Shown here: positions 9,066 to 17,861 of the stretch, piece by piece
Position numbering within the stretch: the stretch's first letter is position 1
Layout: every line of letters begins with the position of its first letter
NCBI GenBank assembly: GCA_965229625.1
Contig: CBDDJJ010000001.1
Span: 1,546,417-1,610,416 of the forward strand
Length of the DNA: 64,000 bases
Origin: Halieaceae bacterium
Lineage (GTDB): Bacteria > Pseudomonadota > Gammaproteobacteria > Pseudomonadales > Halieaceae
Reading direction: 5' to 3'
Notes under the pieces: model-generated
Databases searched by the model: none
What the model saw: only the letters and a program-made list of their open reading frames with translations
Told to the model about the DNA's origin: nothing
Position numbers and translations under genes: made by a program

Positions 9066-10397
9066 CTAGCGCGCAGCGACCCGGTCGGCCTGCAGTAGCT
9101 TCTTCAGGGCGATGACGGTTGCCTCAACACCGAGAGTGACGGACGCTTCCGGCTCGATCTTGAAGATGGGCGAGTGGTGGGTGGGGACCGGCGGGCCGCC
9201 GTTGGCCGCCGCGTCCAGTGCCTTCTGGGGTGTGCCTCCCACCGCAAAGTAGGTGCTGGGAATGTAGGGGTCCACCGTGAAGAACGGGAAGTCCTCGGCA
9301 CCCATACCCAGGCGCTTGGCGTCGTAGAAGATATCCTCACCAAGCTGTGACTGCCAGACAGCGCGCAACTCGTTGGTGAGATCGGCATTGTTTAACGTCG
9401 GCGGCACCCATTCATCCGACACGTACACTTCCGGCAGCTTGTCTTCCGGCAGGCCGGCCACCCGGCCCATGTTCTCCGCTACCCGCTTGATGCCATCCAG
9501 CAGCAGCCTGCGGCCCATGGCGCTTTCGCTGCGCACGGTCAACTGCAGGCGCGCCTCGTCGGAGATGATGTTGTGCTTGGTGCCGGAGTGGAAAGAGCCC
9601 ACGGTAATCACGCCCGGCTCACGGGGCGGCAGGCTGCGGCTCACCACGGTCTGCAGGCCCAGCACGATTTGTGAACCCAGCACGACGGGATCAATACCGC
9701 CGTGGGGGCTGGCGCCATGGGCGCCGACACCGTGGATGACGATATCGACAGTGTCGGAACCGGAATACGGCGCCACCGGGTCGGCTACCAGCTTGCCAGC
9801 CGGCACCACCGAGCTGACGTGGAAAGCCAGGGCGTAGTCCGGCTGGCCAAAGCGCTCCCAGATCTTGTCCTCACGCATCGCCTTGGCGCCGCCCACTCGT
9901 TCCTCCGCAGGCTGGCCCACCAGCATCAGGGTACCGGACCAGCTGTCACGGTGCTCCGCCATGTAGCGCGCCGTGCCCACCAGGCTGGTGATGTGCACAT
10001 CGTGGCCGCAGGCGTGCATGACGTAGACTTCGTTGCCGTCCCAGTCGACCTGCCTGGCTTTCGAGGCATAGGGCAGGCCGGATTTTTCCTGCACCGGCAG
10101 GCCGTCCATATCGGCGCGCATCATCACCAGCGGGCCGGGGCCGTTTTCCATCAGCGCCACCAGGCCAGTGCCGCCCACACCCTCAGTGACCTTGAAACCC
10201 GCTGCACGAATTTCCTTCGCCAGGCGCGCGGCGGTCTGGTCTTCCATCATCGACAGCTCGGGGTTGCTGTGAAAGTGTTTAAACAGGTCGCCCAGGTGGC
10301 GGTCGTAGTCTTTCTGCACAGCCTTGGCCAGGTCCTCGGCCTGCACGGGGAGTACCGCCAGCAGCCCGATCAGCAGGGCGCGACTAAAGTGCTTCAT
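9066..10397 (-). CDS. M20D-family amidohydrolase (aminoacylase/hippurate-hydrolase-like), secreted
   Basis: 443 aa. Signal peptide MKHFSRALLIGLLAVLPVQAED. Motifs HSNPELS, MRADMDGLPV, HACGHDVH and GQPAEE are typical of M20D. Confidence 0.85.
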   Translation of the reverse strand: MKHFSRALLIGLLAVLPVQAEDLAKAVQKDYDRHLGDLFKHFHSNPELSMMEDQTAARLAKEIRAAGFKVTEGVGGTGLVALMENGPGPLVMMRADMDGLPVQEKSGLPYASKARQVDWDGNEVYVMHACGHDVHITSLVGTARYMAEHRDSWSGTLMLVGQPAEERVGGAKAMREDKIWERFGQPDYALAFHVSSVVPAGKLVADPVAPYSGSDTVDIVIHGVGAHGASPHGGIDPVVLGSQIVLGLQTVVSRSLPPREPGVITVGSFHSGTKHNIISDEARLQLTVRSESAMGRRLLLDGIKRVAENMGRVAGLPEDKLPEVYVSDEWVPPTLNNADLTNELRAVWQSQLGEDIFYDAKRLGMGAEDFPFFTVDPYIPSTYFAVGGTPQKALDAAANGGPPVPTHHSPIFKIEPEASVTLGVEATVIALKKLLQADRVAAR

Positions 10398-10412
10398 AAC
10401 AGGGTCTCTTGC

Positions 10413-11639
10413 TTACCAGAAATAGGTCCAACGGACGAAGATACGGCTTCCACCGCCGGTGGTAAAGCCATCGCCGACGTCGATGCGGCCGTACTCATCG
10501 CCGCGCTGGCCGTGGGTCAGGGTAAGGCCGGCCTCCAGGCGCTGGTGGTCGCCCGGCTCGTAAGCGAGGTTGGTCTGCAGCAGGCCGGAGCCGTCCTCCA
10601 GGTTTGCCAGGTAAGTGAGGTCCTGCATCAGCAGCGGGTGCCACTGGTAGGAACCCCCTGCCGCCAGGTAATCCTTCATCAGGGTAAACACCTCACCGCG
10701 CTGCAGGCGCTCGACCAGTTCCGGCGGCAACCGCGCCAGGTCTACCGGCTTGTTACCGCGTCCGAAGCCATTGCGGAAGTACTCGGCGAACAGGTAGGTG
10801 GTGCGCTCGAACAATGCAAAGCTGTAGTCCAGGTTCACGACCCCGGACACCACGGTGTCGTCCTCGTCATCCAGCCGCGTCACTACCCAGTCAGTCTGCA
10901 ACAGCGCGCCACCCAGGGGGTGCCGGAAGCTGATCGCGCCGACGTCATCACCGAAGTGGCGTACCAGGGCGATGTCGAGCTCGCTGCCGCCAATAAACTG
11001 GTGCCAGCGGCCACCGTAGGAGTTCTCGTCATGGTCGCGGCCGCCGTCACCATCACGGCGGAAGACACCCAGAAGCTGGACGTCGCCCCGGGACAGGCGA
11101 CGGTCAAACTTCACCAGGTCCTGGCCGGGCTTGTAGTCCCGATCCACAGTGGTGGGGGCGAAGGGTGCAAACAGGTCCAGTGGATTAAACACCTTGCCGC
11201 TGCCCCAGCTCACCGCTTCACGCCCCATGGTCAGGTTCCATTGCTCTGCGCTATAGCGCAGGGCGAGGCGGTCAAAGCGGTGGAAGACGCGGTGGCGGTC
11301 TCCGCTGTCCAGGGTCCAGGTCAGCTCCAGGGCGCGGAAGTCATCGTCGGTGGGCGTCTGGTCGATGGCGCCACGATTGTTCTCGCTGAACTCGAAGGCA
11401 TCACCGGCGAGGCCGATGGTGCTGTGATCAACGATGGCTTCCCAGCGGTCGAACTGCTTGCGAAACAGCAGCCGCATATCCAGGTTGCCATCGATCGCCG
11501 GGTTGCCGGTCGCCTCGGCCTGGGTATCACTATCCGGCAGGTCGTTGACGGTACCGAAGGCCTTGAGCCTTATGTCAAAGCTGTCAGCGGCCGCTTCCCC
11601 GGTCAGTAGCAGGAGCCCGAGGTACAGCAGGGGGCGAAT
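10413..11639 (-). CDS. Predicted outer-membrane beta-barrel protein, apparent non-canonical ATT (AUU) start
   Basis: The ORF track begins at the internal Met at 11477, but the frame is open up to the stop at 11670-11672. Upstream in frame lies GGAGGA (11646-11651), then 6 nt, then ATT (11639). This would encode (M)RPLLYLGLLLLTGEAAADS, a signal peptide. The C-terminus ...IFVRWTYFW has the aromatic OMP signature, and the body shows an alternating beta-strand-like pattern. Confidence 0.6.
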   Translation of the reverse strand: MRPLLYLGLLLLTGEAAADSFDIRLKAFGTVNDLPDSDTQAEATGNPAIDGNLDMRLLFRKQFDRWEAIVDHSTIGLAGDAFEFSENNRGAIDQTPTDDDFRALELTWTLDSGDRHRVFHRFDRLALRYSAEQWNLTMGREAVSWGSGKVFNPLDLFAPFAPTTVDRDYKPGQDLVKFDRRLSRGDVQLLGVFRRDGDGGRDHDENSYGGRWHQFIGGSELDIALVRHFGDDVGAISFRHPLGGALLQTDWVVTRLDDEDDTVVSGVVNLDYSFALFERTTYLFAEYFRNGFGRGNKPVDLARLPPELVERLQRGEVFTLMKDYLAAGGSYQWHPLLMQDLTYLANLEDGSGLLQTNLAYEPGDHQRLEAGLTLTHGQRGDEYGRIDVGDGFTTGGGSRIFVRWTYFW

Positions 11640-11641
11640 GC

Positions 11642-12352
11642 TCAGTCCTCCGCGTCCTGATCGCGCTGGTCAGACACTATGAGGCCGTCCACCAGGCGTA
11701 TGCGGCGCCGGGCGAAGGCCATTACCGCGGGGTCGTGGGTGGCGGTGATGATGGTCATGCCCCGGTCCCGGTTGATATCAGCCAACAACTGCAGCAGTTC
11801 TTCGGTGGTATGGGAATCCAGGTTGGCGCTGGGCTCGTCCGCCAGCAACAGTACCGGCTTGCTGACAATGGCGCGCGCTACTGCCACCCGCTGTTGCTGG
11901 CCGCCGGACAGCTCACCCGGGCGACGATCAGCCAGCTCGCCAATGCCCAGGGAGTCGAGCATCTCCATCGCGTCGCGATGGCGCTCCGCCGCGGAGACGC
12001 CCTGCAACTGCATGATGAACTCAACATTCTCCCGGGCCGACAGCACCGGGATCAGGTTGTAGGACTGAAACACAAAGCCGACACGACGCAGGCGTACGTC
12101 GGCAAGTTCCGTTGCCGACAACGAGGCCAGGTCGACACCTCCCACCACCACCCGGCCGCCGGTCGGCCGGTCCAGCCCGCCGATACAGTTGAGCAGTGTG
12201 GATTTACCGGAACCGGAAGGGCCTGCAAGGCTGACAAAGTCGCCCCGCTCCACCTCGAGATCCACCCCCGCCAGGGCGTGCACCGGTACGCCGTCATCGT
12301 GGTAGGTGCGTTCCAGCCCGTGGCATCGAACAACGTAATCCTGCTCACCCAT
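11642..12352 (-). CDS. ABC transporter ATP-binding protein (LolD/MacB-ATPase-like)
   Basis: 236 aa. Walker A GPSGSGKST, signature LSGGQQQRVAVARA, Walker B LLLADEP. Confidence 0.9.
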   Translation of the reverse strand: MGEQDYVVRCHGLERTYHDDGVPVHALAGVDLEVERGDFVSLAGPSGSGKSTLLNCIGGLDRPTGGRVVVGGVDLASLSATELADVRLRRVGFVFQSYNLIPVLSARENVEFIMQLQGVSAAERHRDAMEMLDSLGIGELADRRPGELSGGQQQRVAVARAIVSKPVLLLADEPSANLDSHTTEELLQLLADINRDRGMTIITATHDPAVMAFARRRIRLVDGLIVSDQRDQDAED

Positions 12353-12354
12353 GC

Positions 12355-13575
12355 TTATCGCCTCATGGCATCCAGCGGTTCCACGCGCACCGCCCGCCAG
12401 GCCGGGAAGATGCTGGCCAGCAGGCCAAACAACAGGCTGAGGGCCGTGATGCGAAAAATGTCGTAGGGGAGCAGCACCGGAACCAGTACGCTGCTCATGT
12501 AGTAACCTTCAATGCCTGCCGTCCATTCGCTCAGGTCAATGCCGTCGGACAGGCTGTAAACCGCGAGCATCCCCATCCCGATCCCCATCAATACGCCCAG
12601 GGACACGACCATCAGGGATTCCATGACCACCTGCAGCAATACCACGCCGGGCTGCATGCCGATGGCGCGCAGCATGCCCAGCTCCCGGGTGCGCTCCATG
12701 ACTGCTGTCACCAGGGTATTCACCAGGCCAAAAGCCAGGGCCGCCATCATGATGGAAAACCAGATCAGCATGGCGGTATCGGCAAAGCTGTACATGCTGG
12801 CGGCCATGGGCTCCAGCTCGTCCCAGGTACTGGCCTCCTGGGCCGCGAACTGGCGCTGCAACAGGTCGCGAGCCGTGGCCCGCTGCCCGTTTTCCACCAG
12901 GCGAATCGAGAGCTCGGTTACCGCCTCTGAATCCAGCAGGTCCTGCAGCACCCGTCGCCCGGTAAACACGAACACTTTTTCCAGGCCGCTGCTGCTGGCA
13001 CGGTACACACCGGCCACCCGGAAGCCCGCCTCGCGGTTGCGGCCATCACTGCCCTGGGTCATCAACACGATGCGGCGGCCCATCGAGGTTTCCAACTGCT
13101 CCGCAAGGCCGGCGCCGATCAGGACTCTCCGATCCTCACTGTCCTGCAGGAACTCACCTTCCATATCCACATCGGCAAGGAATGAGATCGCAAGCTCCCG
13201 CTCCGGGTCCACACCCACGAGCTGCACACCGCGGGTATCGCGCTCGGAGAGGATGACACCCGGCACCCGCACCCGGCTGGTCCAGCTATCGACGCCGGGC
13301 AGGTCCGGTTGGTAATCGGCGGGCAGCTGGAACCCACGCTGAATAGAGGGGTCATCCCGGTACCCTGGCGCCAGCACTTTGACATGCCCGGTCAGGTTGG
13401 CCACCACCGTATCCAGCATCTGCGCCTGCCAACCGCGCAGCAGGCTGTTCGCCAATAGCACGAAACCCACCGCCAGTACGATGGCACCCATCAGCATGAT
13501 GTTGCGACGGCGATGGCGCCACAGGTTGCGCCAGCCGAGCTGCGCCAGCACCTTGATGGGAACGCTAGTCCGCAC
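12355..13575 (-). CDS. ABC transporter permease, FtsX/MacB-LolCE type (second copy)
   Basis: Start chosen at GTG 13575 (VRTSVPIKVLAQLGWRNLWRHRRRNIMLMG...). The N-terminal WRNLWR motif, large periplasmic domain and C-terminal FtsX TM bundle fit the family. The longer track ORF (to 13815) overlaps the upstream gene. Confidence 0.8.
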   Translation of the reverse strand: MRTSVPIKVLAQLGWRNLWRHRRRNIMLMGAIVLAVGFVLLANSLLRGWQAQMLDTVVANLTGHVKVLAPGYRDDPSIQRGFQLPADYQPDLPGVDSWTSRVRVPGVILSERDTRGVQLVGVDPERELAISFLADVDMEGEFLQDSEDRRVLIGAGLAEQLETSMGRRIVLMTQGSDGRNREAGFRVAGVYRASSSGLEKVFVFTGRRVLQDLLDSEAVTELSIRLVENGQRATARDLLQRQFAAQEASTWDELEPMAASMYSFADTAMLIWFSIMMAALAFGLVNTLVTAVMERTRELGMLRAIGMQPGVVLLQVVMESLMVVSLGVLMGIGMGMLAVYSLSDGIDLSEWTAGIEGYYMSSVLVPVLLPYDIFRITALSLLFGLLASIFPAWRAVRVEPLDAMRR

Positions 13576-14767
13576 GCAGGGCCTCCACCGGGTCCAGCCT
13601 GCGCAGGCGCAGCGCCGGTAACAGCGCCGAGAGCTGGCAACCAACAATAAACACCACCGGGATGGCAGCCATGTCCGGCAGTGACACATCTGCCTTGAGG
13701 TGGCTGGGAAAGGCGAAGCCACCCAACAGGTCTTCGATTCCTGATATCGGTATGCCGACCATCGACAACCAGGCCAGCATCGGCACTGCCAGCACACAGC
13801 CAATTGTGCTGCCAAACAGGGCCAGCCACAGGGCCTCGATCTGCACCATGCTGATCAGCCGCCAGGGCCGCATGCCGATAGCCAGCAACATGCCAAACTC
13901 CCGGGTACGCTCGAAGACCGTCATGATGAAGGTGTTGACGATGGAGAACAGCACGACCAGGGTGAGGATAGTGTAGAACAGCCGGCTGGTGGCGCGGTCA
14001 ATGGCAATGCCTTGCACCACGTCGGGCATGAGGTCCTGCCAGCCACGGAACGCGAGGCCATCGGGCAGCAAGGACTCGACTGTGGTGGCCATGGCTTCGA
14101 TATCCTCGACACTGTCCAGGGACAGCGCCAGTTGGTGTACCTGGTCCTCCAGGTAGAAGCCCTGCTGGAAAACATCTAGGGGCACCTGCACCAGGCCGCG
14201 ATCCAGCTCTACCTGGCCGGTTTCAAAAATGCCGACAATGGTCACGGCCAGGGCCGCCACCCCGCCCTCCGGGCCGGTGCCCAGCACCACCAGTTCGTCG
14301 CCGACTTTAGCCCCCAGGTTGCGCGCCAGGGTGCTGCCAATGAAGGCCTCGTTCCCCGACTGCAGATAGCGGCCGGCCACCAGGGCGGTGGGCAGCGTAG
14401 AAACGTCCCGCTCGACCGCGGGCACCACGCCCATCACCTGGGCCCCGAAACCGCGCTCGTCGACAGACAGCAGGGCAAAGGCCTGCCCCCGTGGCGCCAC
14501 CCGGGCGATACCGGGCACTTCAGCCAGTCGCTGTGTCAGTGCCGAGGCGTTGTCGATGCGATATCGCAGCCGTGGGTCATCCAGGAAATCTGCATGCTGC
14601 ACCTGGGCGTGACCGCTAAACAGTTCGGTGGCGGCATCGATCATGCCGGAATAGCTGCCCAACTGCAGGCTGCGGCTGAACATCAGCAGCAGGCAGGCAA
14701 AGGCGATACTACCGGCGGTAAACAGGGTGCGGCGCCGGTTGCGCCACAGGTTGCGCCAGGCAATCAC
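13565..14767 (-). CDS. ABC transporter permease, FtsX/MacB-LolCE type (first copy)
   Basis: 400 aa. MIAWRNLWRNRRRTLFTAGSIAF..., periplasmic domain, and a C-terminal FtsX domain ending ...RLRRLDPVEALRAD. GTGA overlap with the upstream gene. Confidence 0.85.
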   Translation of the reverse strand: MIAWRNLWRNRRRTLFTAGSIAFACLLLMFSRSLQLGSYSGMIDAATELFSGHAQVQHADFLDDPRLRYRIDNASALTQRLAEVPGIARVAPRGQAFALLSVDERGFGAQVMGVVPAVERDVSTLPTALVAGRYLQSGNEAFIGSTLARNLGAKVGDELVVLGTGPEGGVAALAVTIVGIFETGQVELDRGLVQVPLDVFQQGFYLEDQVHQLALSLDSVEDIEAMATTVESLLPDGLAFRGWQDLMPDVVQGIAIDRATSRLFYTILTLVVLFSIVNTFIMTVFERTREFGMLLAIGMRPWRLISMVQIEALWLALFGSTIGCVLAVPMLAWLSMVGIPISGIEDLLGGFAFPSHLKADVSLPDMAAIPVVFIVGCQLSALLPALRLRRLDPVEALRAD

Positions 14768-15513
14768 CCGCCGGCACCACTGCGCAGCGTGTACACCGTG
14801 AACAGGCCCTCCTCCAGCTCGACATCAAACTGGACCTCGTCATAGCTGACTTCGGTCCAGTGGTCCTGCTCGTCCAGCTTCACCATGCGCATACGGGTCG
14901 CAAAGATCCGCCCGCCTTTCTCGCCGATCTCCATCGCTTCCAGCCGCTTCAGGGGCTGGTCGTCCTGGTCGTGAAAGGTGTGGGACAGCAGCACGTAGTC
15001 ATCCCGCAGCACGAGAACCTCGCGGCCCCAGACTACCGGTGCATCGTCATGGGGTACGGCCTCGATGGTGTACACGGTATGGTCTTCCTCCTGCCGGGTA
15101 TCGAGCAGGGACAGCGTGTAGTCATGCAACAGGGTGTCGGTGCGCGACAGGTCGTTGTAGGAAAAATCCGAGCCCGCCCAGCTCTGGGCCATGAGGCTGT
15201 AGGGCAGGCGAATGACCCGGTTCAGGCGCGGCGTGAAGGTCCACATCTTCTCGTCGTCCTTGAGGGTGGCGTTGCCGGCATCTTTGGCGGGCGCCGTAAA
15301 ACGAATCAGCGCGTCTTCACGGCCGCTGGTCCAGGCCACCAGGCTGGAGTTGCGCTGCCAGTCCGGGCGGTGGATCTGCATGCTCATCTCGGCGTAGGAG
15401 GTTGTGCCGCGGGTGAGGTCGATCGCCCCTTCCACCAGGGTACGGGCGTCCTGTGCAGCCACGGGCATGGCCAGGAGCAGGGCCAGCATGCAGAGAGTCA
15501 GGCGGGATGGCAT
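14764..15513 (-). CDS. Outer-membrane lipoprotein-sorting (LolA-like) periplasmic protein
   Basis: 249 aa. Signal peptide MPSRLTLCMLALLLAMPVAAQD. The central ...KMWTFTPRLNRVIRLPYSLMAQSWAGSDFSYNDLSR resembles the LolA_like family motif as I remember it. Confidence 0.75.
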   Translation of the reverse strand: MPSRLTLCMLALLLAMPVAAQDARTLVEGAIDLTRGTTSYAEMSMQIHRPDWQRNSSLVAWTSGREDALIRFTAPAKDAGNATLKDDEKMWTFTPRLNRVIRLPYSLMAQSWAGSDFSYNDLSRTDTLLHDYTLSLLDTRQEEDHTVYTIEAVPHDDAPVVWGREVLVLRDDYVLLSHTFHDQDDQPLKRLEAMEIGEKGGRIFATRMRMVKLDEQDHWTEVSYDEVQFDVELEEGLFTVYTLRSGAGG

Positions 15514-15569
15514 GGCTATACAAAAGTTATACGACGGCGCGCATCTTACACCGCCGGCCGTTCGGGCGA

Positions 15570-16160
15570 CTAGAGCTCAAGCTGGTCAAATTCACCGAGG
15601 TTGGCCAGGAAGCGGTGCAGGCTGCCCGCCACGGCGGCGCCATCGGTGGCCTCGGCAAGCTGGCGCACACTGTCAGTGATGGCCAGCCACCAGCGGATAT
15701 GCTCGGCACTGAGCTGTGCCGCCACCGGGATCAGGTCGTGGATGGTGGTGAGGTTGCGCTGGGCCACGCTCTTGATGCGGGCCATGGCGTCCACGTCCAG
15801 CTGGTGATCGGCGAGCTTCATGATCAGGTTGGCAACCAGACGCGAGTCTTCCTCGATGGCACGTGAGGAGGCCGGCTCGGCAGTATCACCCAGCAGGCCG
15901 ATATCCAAGTAGCTGAGAATCTCCCGCAGGGCACCGCGCAGGCTGAGACGCAGGTCTTCCTTGCGCTCCTTCTCACGCCGGGCCTGGATCCAGGAGAACA
16001 GTCCAATCAGGAAGAAACCCTCGAGGCAGAAGCCGATCAGCTCCGGCACCAGGTTGTCGTAGACCCGGCCCTCGTTGCCGGGCTGCAGGAACGCCACCAG
16101 GAAATAGATGCCGGCAAAGCCGAACACCAGCATCGGTGCCGCCAGGGCCAGGCGGCTCAC
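15570..16160 (-). CDS. Hypothetical membrane protein (two N-terminal TM helices plus ~110-aa helical cytoplasmic domain)
   Basis: 196 aa with a GTG start. GTGA overlap with the upstream orphan ORF. No family recognised. Confidence 0.5.
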   Translation of the reverse strand: MSRLALAAPMLVFGFAGIYFLVAFLQPGNEGRVYDNLVPELIGFCLEGFFLIGLFSWIQARREKERKEDLRLSLRGALREILSYLDIGLLGDTAEPASSRAIEEDSRLVANLIMKLADHQLDVDAMARIKSVAQRNLTTIHDLIPVAAQLSAEHIRWWLAITDSVRQLAEATDGAAVAGSLHRFLANLGEFDQLEL

Positions 16161-16717
16161 GCCGGCTCCTCGTCGCTACCCGCATCCTTCGGCAGCGCCA
16201 ACGCTCGCACCACGGCAGCGATTTTGTCCGCCTCGCGCGGGGTCATGTCCAGGGGTACGTTCTGGATGTAGACCACCAGGTCCTCGCGGATCGGCACCGG
16301 GAATATCTGGTGGGGATTGCGGGGCGGATTCAGTGCCAGCTCTTCGCGGGCCCGCTTGTGGCCGTCGGGCTCGTTCTGGAACTGTTCGCGCAGGGCTTTT
16401 TGTTCACTCTCGGTGGGCGCAAAGCCCTTGGGGTCGTCGGTCCAGGCAATGAAGTCGCGCAGGGCGTCACCAAAGCGGGACTTATAGATGTCCATGCTCT
16501 CCGGGCGGATGCTGGAGCCCTCCAGCTTGTGGAAGCGTGCGCACAGTTCATCCAGGTCCACCAGTCGCAGGTCCTTGCGCTCATGCGATTTCAGCTCGAC
16601 CATGAGCTGCTCCGCAGCCAGCTTGCGTGAGCGCAAGGCGGCCGGCTTGATCAGGCCGGACACCACGGACTGGCGCATGAACTTGCTGAAACTGGCCTCG
16701 GAGTAATCCTTTGCCAT
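16157..16717 (-). CDS. Hypothetical soluble protein (orphan)
   Basis: 186 aa. Good SD (AAGGGGGG) upstream of the ATG. Charged, with an acidic C-terminal tail (KDAGSDEEPA). No family recognised. Confidence 0.5.
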   Translation of the reverse strand: MAKDYSEASFSKFMRQSVVSGLIKPAALRSRKLAAEQLMVELKSHERKDLRLVDLDELCARFHKLEGSSIRPESMDIYKSRFGDALRDFIAWTDDPKGFAPTESEQKALREQFQNEPDGHKRAREELALNPPRNPHQIFPVPIREDLVVYIQNVPLDMTPREADKIAAVVRALALPKDAGSDEEPA

Positions 16718-16809
16718 CGGTCCCCCCTTCTTGTGGCGCTAGCATAGCACCTGGCGCAGGCTAGCGGCTCGGGCGGTGCTCCCGGGCGCCAACACCTGCG
16801 CACCAATCG

Positions 16810-17745
16810 CTAGGGGCCCAGGCGGTCCACGTAGCGGCGGGTTAGATCCGGGTTGTCAGTAAACACGCCGTCCACTTCCATGTTGCGGATGAAGCGATCC
16901 AGTAGCGCGCGGTAGCTGCTGATGCCACGCGGCAGGGCGTCGGCACGGAAGGTAAAGGGATGCACCACCAACCCGGCTTCCTGGGCCGCCACCACGAACT
17001 CCGACTGGTCGGTGAGGTAGCCGATCCAGGGCCCGACACCCTGCGCGTAGGTCGCGATTTCCTGCGCGCGCTGAGCTGTCAGGGCCTTGTCTTCCAGCAG
17101 CTGTACCAGACGGATTTCAGTGTGGTCCTTGAGGAAGCGCAGGGTCGCCTCATCGAAGCACTGCAGGAATACCCGGTCGTCGGCGCCGCGATAACCGTAG
17201 GCATAGAGGATCTGCAGTACCGAGGCCGGAAAGCTACGGCCCTCGGCGGCGTGGAACTCGGGGTGCTTGAGCTCAACGTAGATGCCCACATCACCACCGG
17301 TACTCTGGTTGAGCCCCTGGATCAGTTCGATTTCCTCGGCCAGCGTGGGCACCCGCAGGATGTTCACATCCACTGGGAAGCGGCCGGGGAAGGCTGCATC
17401 GCTCCCCTTGCGCCGCTCTCCCACCCGCAGGGTTCGCACTTCTTCCAGGCTAAAGTCGATGGCGTAGTAATGGCCATCGTCACGGGCGCGGTCGGGGAAG
17501 CGCTCGGCCACATCGGTGGTGGTTTCCAGGTAGAGGTCGTGCAGCACGATCGGCACATCGTCCCTGGTCAGTACCACATCCTGCTCGATGTAGTCGGCAC
17601 CCTGGGCATAGGCCATGGCCACCGCCGGCAGGGTGTGCTCAGGCAAATACGCGCTGGCGCCCCGATGGGCAATCACCAGGGGCTGCGCCGCCAACGGGCC
17701 GGCCGACAGCAGGCAAAGCATCACTGTTGCTAGAATTCTGAACAT
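16810..17745 (-). CDS. glpQ: Periplasmic glycerophosphodiester phosphodiesterase
   Basis: 311 aa. Signal peptide, then PLVIAHRGASAYLPEHTL and ...YIEQDVVLTRDDVPIVLHD, the GDPD catalytic motifs. Confidence 0.85.
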   Translation of the reverse strand: MFRILATVMLCLLSAGPLAAQPLVIAHRGASAYLPEHTLPAVAMAYAQGADYIEQDVVLTRDDVPIVLHDLYLETTTDVAERFPDRARDDGHYYAIDFSLEEVRTLRVGERRKGSDAAFPGRFPVDVNILRVPTLAEEIELIQGLNQSTGGDVGIYVELKHPEFHAAEGRSFPASVLQILYAYGYRGADDRVFLQCFDEATLRFLKDHTEIRLVQLLEDKALTAQRAQEIATYAQGVGPWIGYLTDQSEFVVAAQEAGLVVHPFTFRADALPRGISSYRALLDRFIRNMEVDGVFTDNPDLTRRYVDRLGP

Positions 17746-17861
17746 ACAAGCTCCTCCAGATCGACCAAAATAATAGTCTATTCGGACCGCACTACCTCGA
17801 TGCCCTGCCGCCGCGGGTGGCGCTGTGCTATTACTGGAGGCAAGAACAAGGAGATCCCACC

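Noticed and set aside
9702-11609. 635-aa plus-strand ORF, the longest in the track for this region
   Set aside because: It is antisense to the clearly recognisable M20 amidohydrolase and beta-barrel genes. The translation is Arg/Gly/Ala/His/Val/Gln-rich low-complexity sequence with no motifs, which is a typical shadow ORF in high-GC DNA.
12355-13815. Long form (486 aa) of the second FtsX permease
   Set aside because: The first ~80 residues overlap the 3' end of the upstream permease in another frame and are Cys/Arg/Trp-rich. The conserved WRNLWRHRRRN N-terminus begins right after GTG 13575.
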